Made by a program: the position numbers and the translations under genes. From Ramazzottius varieornatus (lineage: Eukaryota; Animalia; Tardigrada), in contig BDGG01000004.1 in assembly GCA_001949185.1 (NCBI GenBank), forward strand, positions 3,753,777 through 3,817,776: a stretch of 64,000 nucleotides of DNA, read 5' to 3'. Below are positions 57,057 through 64,000 of the stretch, one piece after another. Each line of letters opens with the position of its first letter. Positions within the stretch are counted from its first letter, which is position 1. The notes beneath the pieces were generated by a model. That model was not told where the DNA came from. It did not search any database and saw only the letters and a list, made by a program, of their open reading frames with translations.

Positions 57057-57817
57057 ATGGCGGAGAACGGGGAGGATGCTGGAGAAGCGATGGATGTCGA
57101 GAACGGAGAACAGCTGAAGGTGTCCTACGAAGATCGTCTGCTGTTTATCACACCGATTGCGAAACCGATGGCTAGCAAGAAGCTTACGAAGAAGATCTAC
57201 AAACTGATCAAGAAAGGTAGAAAGCTACTCATCCAGTTATCGCTTGGCTAACTGTGAAACCGTATATGTGGATACTGCTAGTAGCATTACTGTTCTGTTG
57301 TCCACAGCCAAAAAGCAGAAGGGATTCCTCCGTGCCGGCCTCAAAGATGTATCCACTAGGATTCGGAAGGGAGATCGAGGGTTGGTGGTGCATATTAATG
57401 TTCTTGTAGTTGCGTATGTCGTGGATTTGAGAATGGTCAACTATCTGCTACTTGTAGGATAGTCATCCTTGCAGGAGATGCCCAGCCCATTGACTGCATG
57501 TGCCACCTTCCCTGCGTTTGTGAGGAACTGAACATTCCTTATTGTTATACTCCATCCAGACAGGTATTGCGATTATGTTATTTAAGATGCATAATTATAT
57601 GCGGGACTTGGGGATTCTCAAAGCCCAGCACGAAAAGTTGTTTCTGACAGTGAGGTATCGGAATTTAGCCAATGTCCATTATATTATCCAGGACCTCGGT
57701 TTCGCGATGGGTACCATGCGGAAAGTCATGATGATGCTGATTCTCCCGCACGATGATTACAGAGAGCTCTACGACAAAGCCGCAGCCGAGATCAAGGACC
57801 TTCCTATGCCACACTGA
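57057..57817 (+). CDS. NHP2: H/ACA ribonucleoprotein subunit 2 (L7Ae family), 4 exons
   Basis: [21 protein letters not shown]|[24 protein letters not shown]|[36 protein letters not shown]|DLGFAMG. Confidence 0.95.
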
Positions 57818-58195
57818 AAGTTTGAGGACCACCGGGCACTTTGAGTGTTTGAGATGCACTCCAAACGTACGTGAGTTGCTACAGTTCCCTTCGCTACCTG
57901 TACCAGTCGGGCTTCTTTTTATTCATTTGTTTGCGACGTTGGAATTTCTGGCGATGTGAAGCTCGTAACTGTCACTGCAGTTTATGTGAAGTGAAAGTCA
58001 ACTCTGTTGAACTTCATCGCAGAGGTACGTTAGCTTGGCATACCGTACTTATGTTTCTCGGTTAATTCAACATTGTTAGATATTGCGGTAAAGACGACGA
58101 CGACAATCTGTTTTGCACGTTACAAAGACATCAAACACTGATGCTAGTTACTTTCTGGTGGTTGGCTGTGTACTGCGTTCGCCACCTCGATAGTT

Positions 58196-59006
58196 ATGGC
58201 CAAAAGCTGGCAGATTCCTCTTTTCCTGCGCCGGTTGACAGTTCAACCGTATTTCAGTTTGCTCACCAATGATCAGGCCTTCCTGTGCTGGGTAACATCA
58301 ACTATGGTAAGTGGTTTCCCGTCCCGTCCGCATTCCGGAAATTCAAAGGATGATTACAGTACAGTATATTATACTCTATGTTTGACAGGCGGTAGCATTG
58401 CTGACATTGTTAGTCTCGCTCTTCGAGCTGCATCTCTATGCCATCGTCAAGAACGATGTCACTTACCACGGGAAGTGGGGTATGAGCTATGAATTCGTAT
58501 ACAGCGGAACCCCGGCTGGTAAGGAACAAAAACCACAATTTCGATTTGAGCGTTTTCTCAAGTTTGTAACATGTAGTGACGTTCTGCAGTCCGAGAAGCG
58601 CTCATCTTTTTTTGCATCCTGTCCGCTACAGTAGCTTCCGCTTTGTTCATCGCCTCTGCTTATGTCTACAAACAAGGAACTGTAAGGTGGATATCGATTG
58701 TTTTGAAGCTGGAATTTTGACGACAAGCGATTGCTAATTTCCCAGGCTACATTTTCCCAGACTCCATCTTTGCGGAAGGCAGGCTGTTCACGGACTTTCG
58801 TCTACCTGGTCTCGTCCTTGAACTTTCTGGTGTTTCGGACGGCGGCATCCCTTTTCAGTTCTGTTGTCAATGTGAGTCTGTTTATAATGTGCAAGCTTGT
58901 AAGTCATATCTATCAAGCGCTGATGATACATTTTGGAAACAGATTCAACGGTGTTCTTGTCGGTAGGATCCTCAGTATACTTACTGGACTATTACTGGAT
59001 TGTTGA
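58196..59006 (+). pseudogene. Small multi-pass membrane protein gene, pasiflora-like tetraspan family, possibly decayed
   Basis: Exons with good splice signals give AVALLTLLVSLFELHLYA...YHGKWGMSYEFVYSG, VASALFIASAY and FLVFRTAASLFSSVVN, which resemble recalled arthropod tetraspan motifs (ISYEFVYxG, FR..A.LF.S.VND). The last exon is out of phase. Confidence 0.4.
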
Positions 59007-62000
59007 ATGCGGCACTAATCATCTGCCAGGTGATTGAAGTCTTGTTGAAACGGAGAAGAGTAGCAGATACCTGCTGTCAAAAGAACCGTTCTCGCCTTCC
59101 AGATGGGTTCTCGTACATGGCAATATTTACAAATGTCCCACAATCTTTATAATGTAGGTTTACAATACTCTGATAAGTTGGACTCACTATCTTGAGCTTG
59201 CCTATGGTCAGCAACCCCGGAGTTGCACGAGATCGGTATGTCGAAACAAGCTGTCGATCCCTCCAAGGCCACAAAGTCAAAGTTTCACCTTCTTTTGTGC
59301 AGAAAGGATCTTTACTCGAAACGCGAAGACCAAATGAGTTTGGTTCTGCGTACCATGATAATGGCGCTTCGTGTGAAATTCTGGCAGCGGAAGAACTGGT
59401 CGTGCTGGCAGAGTTGCAAAGACCCGTTAGAAGTCTCGGATCGGACAACACATCGGAGATATCAGAGAGTCCTCTGCTGTTTCAGATTTCTTGTGATCCT
59501 GCGATTAAGATCCACACGGTCTGAGACCCCAAATTGCCCTGTTGTGCTCAATCGTCCCAACGGGCCGACAACTTCTGCAGTTAAAGGCAAAGCTTGTTTT
59601 AGCTTGACGTCTCGTCGCGGACCCGGAACCGCCCTGACGAGCGCCCTCTGTATGGTTTCGACCCTTGCATTGTCAAGACAGCTTATGCTGATGTCATGCA
59701 GTGTAGTGGATGTACCGGGAGAGTAATTTGTGTCGGCCTGCCAAATTCTGCCTTTCGCAGCGCAGTTTGTCAGGCCATTCCATGCTTTGTCCCGGTATAT
59801 CCATGTCGATTACGATCATGCATCTCCCGTTCTGAGTTCTAACTACTTCCGCCGCTCACTGTCCGTGGATTCTGAGCTCCATATCACTCTACAACCTGGT
59901 TCTCGTGCTGCTGTATTCTCTTCTGCTTGTTCGATGAATGTCAAATGTGTAAACGTAATCCGCATATCTAGGCTTGCAGGATCCAGAACTGCGTCGTGAT
60001 GCATCCATCCCGTTCAGATGTGGACTTTCCGGAAAACGGATCTGGAACTATCGCCGGAGATCACGGACGTACGCACGGGAGGTACGAGACCCAATTTGCG
60101 TGAATAAGCTTTACGGTGTATCCGACTCTTATCCGTCAATTACCATGTTTTAGCAGGAGGAACGTCGCGCGAGAAGGCCGCCACGGTCAGGACAGCAATT
60201 TCCGGTGTATGGATCACTGATCTTCGAATTACCTGTCTGATTTGCGCGCAGATTCATAAGTAAGTTATGGACGTAGGTGATGTATTTGCACTGACCGTAT
60301 TCTGTTGATATCCTGCGCCAGGAAGTACGTGGACCCAATCACGGTATCGGAAAAGGGCTTTTCGATTCGTTTGTGTACACAGAGCGTCTGCATCAGTTTG
60401 TTCTGTTGCTCTTTCCCCCACTGCCTAAGCTGTCTTCGGGTAATTGCCTGAAAAAACTTCCGGTGAGTGCTGTGATTAGACTGGGGATGGAAGAGGCAGT
60501 TGCTGCTGCTCTTTTCCCATCATCTCCGTCTAGCGAGGAAAGGCTCGGCCTGTACGTTTGGGTTAAATCTTCCCACTCCTCTTCACCTGGCCCGGTAATT
60601 TGACGCAATCTGCAGCCGTGTATTCCAAGTGCTAAATGATCCCAATTATTTCCTGGATACCTTGACCTTAACTTTTATTATCTTGCTGGTGGCGAAAGTG
60701 GTACTGCTATTTTCCGGAATTTTTATAGATGACATTACTATCCAAGGACTTAAATGGTGGCACTAAAGATCGCACCAGGACGATGGATGGAATAAGTACG
60801 CTTCGCATATGCACGGCTACGCCCACCACTACCCGGTTCCGCATAAATTGAACGGCGTCTCTTCGCGCAGGGATCAAGATCAACTCGAAGGTACATTAAC
60901 TAAAGTATCAGTTATTCCAGCGTGGGTTGGCTGGCTGTTCGGATCGTTGCCAATACCTAGAAAACGATTAGGAACCTCGGCGTCAACGGTTATAGTTCCG
61001 CCGTCATATCAGGTCTGTAAGTATGACTTTGCGGTTTTCGGAAAGGAATTATGCAAACAAGACTTCAACGAACCCGCTAACGAATGATTGTTTTGGTTTT
61101 GGCAAGAACGGTCTCCTCCATAAGTTAGTCAGGTGGGACAAAACGCTCCGAAAACCTGACATCGGACGACACGAAATTCTGACTTGCTCTGGAAGCAAGT
61201 CCGAAGCTAAGCTTGTCAAATTTTAGCTATGGATAACAGATACACTGGCTTACTCCCCGAAAGTGTTTGCTCTCCTTTACACTGAGCAACCACACAGAGA
61301 AAATCGGGGAGCTCGCACTCCGCTAAACTGGCGCACGTCTGCAGCTGCAACATCCCATCGTGTTTTGCGCTACACTACTTTACCAAAATTCTCGTGTTCA
61401 GAACTGAGTGTCACTCTTTCCGACATTTTTCTTTCTTTTGTAAGAATACTTGATATTTATTTATATCTCCGGCTGTTGACAGTAAAATGCAACAGTCAAC
61501 AGAGTTCACTAAGTTAACATTTCCCAGCACCAACCAAAATTTAGCGAGCAAATGATGTTAGACATTTTTCTTGTTTCCTGTTCTCGTCAGACAGATAGAT
61601 TTTACCCTTGAAAAATCGAGGAGAGTTTGCCATATAGATAAAGCATCAATTAAGTTTTGGACATCTGTACACGATGTCAGAAAGTATGTTTGAAGTCTTC
61701 TGTCAAAAACCGCAAAGTCATATTTACAGACTTGATAGTTAAGTTGGAGATGTTCTTTGCCTTGTTGTGGAATAATCGGAGGCTTGAGGTTTCTGCTCTT
61801 TGTGTTCTGACGACTGGAGACTGGAATAGTACGCTTCTTTGAAGAGACCGGTGTCTTGAAGACGCCGGGTCCTTCTTAAGGTGGCGTGACATCGTCGGTC
61901 CTCACTGCATTCCTTCCTTACTGACGATTTTGCTCTGACGTCACGGTCCCAAAATTTCAGTACGAGTACTTTTCAAGCCAGACTTTGCCGTCGTTCTCTT

Positions 62001-64000
62001 CAAATAGCCGAGATCCCTGGAGCATATGGAATACCCGAAGCGTCGATGGAGGTTTTGCGCATTGATCCGTCGGAAGCCGAGACGTGTGAGAATTTGAACG
62101 AATAATATGACGAAGAGGAAGTTTCGCATGATTTCTTGGGTTGTGCGTCATGGTTCGTTAAGCACACTTCTTGGCTAATCCGTCGTGACCTTCAGTGGAT
62201 TATTGCGGAGTAAATCTCAGTACCGATGCGATAGGAACATAATCGTGACGATGTGGTGTTACGGAATCTTGATTTCCCTCCAGCCCGGAGGTTGCTCGAC
62301 TTGTGCATGCAGGGACAGCTTTGCTGAGCAAGTTTCGCGGTTGACATGCATGCAGTTGCTTACAGACTCAGGAATTTCGCAACACCGTTTTTCCCGATGA
62401 ATACCCTAGGTAACTCATCGTTGCTTTAGGTGATCCGTATTGACGGTGCAGAGTTTATGCTTCGAGTTAGGAGGCCCGAATTTTTCATTGACAAAGTGAA
62501 ACGCACGAGTGTTAATATCGCGTATGGTCGGAAGAACCGACTAGCTGGTAGAAATCGTTAGTTTCGTAATCAGGAAGAATCACCGATAATTTGTGAATGT
62601 AAGGTGTTTAACGATCTGAAGATACGCTCCGATGTAGCCCCCGGCTCCGTGTATAATTTGGAAGTACTGAATGGATTGATTGAGCTTACACTGCAGTCGT
62701 AGTTTTCAAGGGATTTTCGATCACTGAATTGATGTCAGGCCAAGTGTTGTAAGGTTTTGGTCGACCCAAAAGAAAGGCGCTCGGGGAAGAGCTCAACGAT
62801 CGACTGTTTCGCTTTGTACGTCGCTGAACTCGAGGGTACTTGAGTCCGCTGTTTCAGTATACGAGAGGACACATCGATCCATCTTGTCGACGTAACTGTT
62901 CGGCACAGGGTCCGCTGAGCTCTTGGATGTGGGACGGGAGAGAAGCAGAATGCTCCATGTGTGTGCATATGAATACTGTAATGTCGAGTGGGGAAATAAC
63001 TTCTCTATCGCAACTCGTTCCCAATCAAACTCAATTTAGCCAGCTCGCGTTCCCAGTTTTTCTCCTTCTCCTCCTTCTTCTCTTTTCAGTCTTCTGTCCT
63101 CACATTGGGTTTGTGTCGGTGGACATTACACGTGGCAATGGAGTGCCGGGAGAAGGTTCTTCTCTCATCAGCTGCGGCGAACGTTCATAATCCAATACAA
63201 AATCAGCCCTCCAACCATATCCCTTTGCATGGCTAGTTTGTCAATAGGCCGGCTTTTCTTTCAATCGCGGACGCGCGCGCGCGGCTCTTGTTGCCAATTG
63301 GGAGTATCATGCAGTGGGTTCGTCAATACCACCACTCAGCGCGTGCTATATTGATGGCCGACAGACGAAAATCATGGGAACGGCAAGAATCCGCAAGATC
63401 AATGTTGACCATATCCGATAATGCTGAATCTTCCAATCTCGCGTTGTTCCCTTCTTTTTTCCCGATTGCAGAAAGCGAAGCGTTTGATGATTACGTAAAC
63501 GGCTTGATGCAGTACTTGTCGATACGAGTGATGGTACTGCATACTGCCGCCGGTGGTAGTAATTCATAATTAAGCCATTCAAGCGTAAGGTGCTGTCTGC
63601 AGTCGTCGTTTCAGTACTCACTCAAGTGCCAAAGGAGTAAGAGACAAGGAAGAAGGAAGAGCCCAAAAAGGGAAGAGAGGTCCTTGGCGGAGGCAAAGTT
63701 GACTTTGCTGTTTTGAGGAGGGTGCAAATTAAAATAGTGTAAATGGCTGTCGAAGAGCTAACTGGAGTACTCGTACCATACAATGTTTGACCAACCTTTT
63801 ACACATTGGCCTTCAAGTACAAGCCAAGCTGCATGGGGGAAGTGCCGCCAATTGGGAAGCTAGTTAGTGTGTTACGGTAGAAAGTCCGACATCGTCACGT
63901 AGCGTCTACACTCGAGTCCGCGCAAGTCTTGTCGTTCCCTTGGTCAGACCAGGAAGGCAACAGCTGCCTTCGGGACTTGCCTATCAATACCATTAAACAC

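Overview
Gene-dense eukaryotic (metazoan) DNA with short spliceosomal introns, most about 55-130 nt. A compact invertebrate genome such as a eutardigrade (e.g. Ramazzottius) would fit, but that is inference and cannot be shown from this window. Intron-split genes reconstructed by eye, in order: BTBD9 (3' part), two tandem tetraspanins, UBLCP1, a WDR34-like dynein intermediate chain, a PAAT/C10orf88-like gene, eEF1B-gamma, IMP3, cyclin E, a GDNF/GAS1-repeat + mucin surface protein with a GPI-type tail, a PR/SET-like + 5xC2H2 factor, ZUP1, glycyl-tRNA synthetase, an unassigned helical/CDK-site-rich protein, NHP2 and a possibly decayed pasiflora-like membrane protein. Mobile DNA: two decayed Tc4/Tc5-like (pogo-related) DNA transposons at CTCAG targets with 3-bp TNA duplications, three hAT-type MITE copies from two families, a 5'-truncated non-LTR retrotransposon, and a family of ~100-115 bp fold-back elements. 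The fold-back family is the most unusual signal. It has six copies, all intronic, with conserved arms, a 24-25 nt variable spacer and a position-fixed CCAAT-like core. Gene coordinates run from first to last coding base and include introns. Exon boundaries were read manually and family assignments come from recalled motifs, not database searches.
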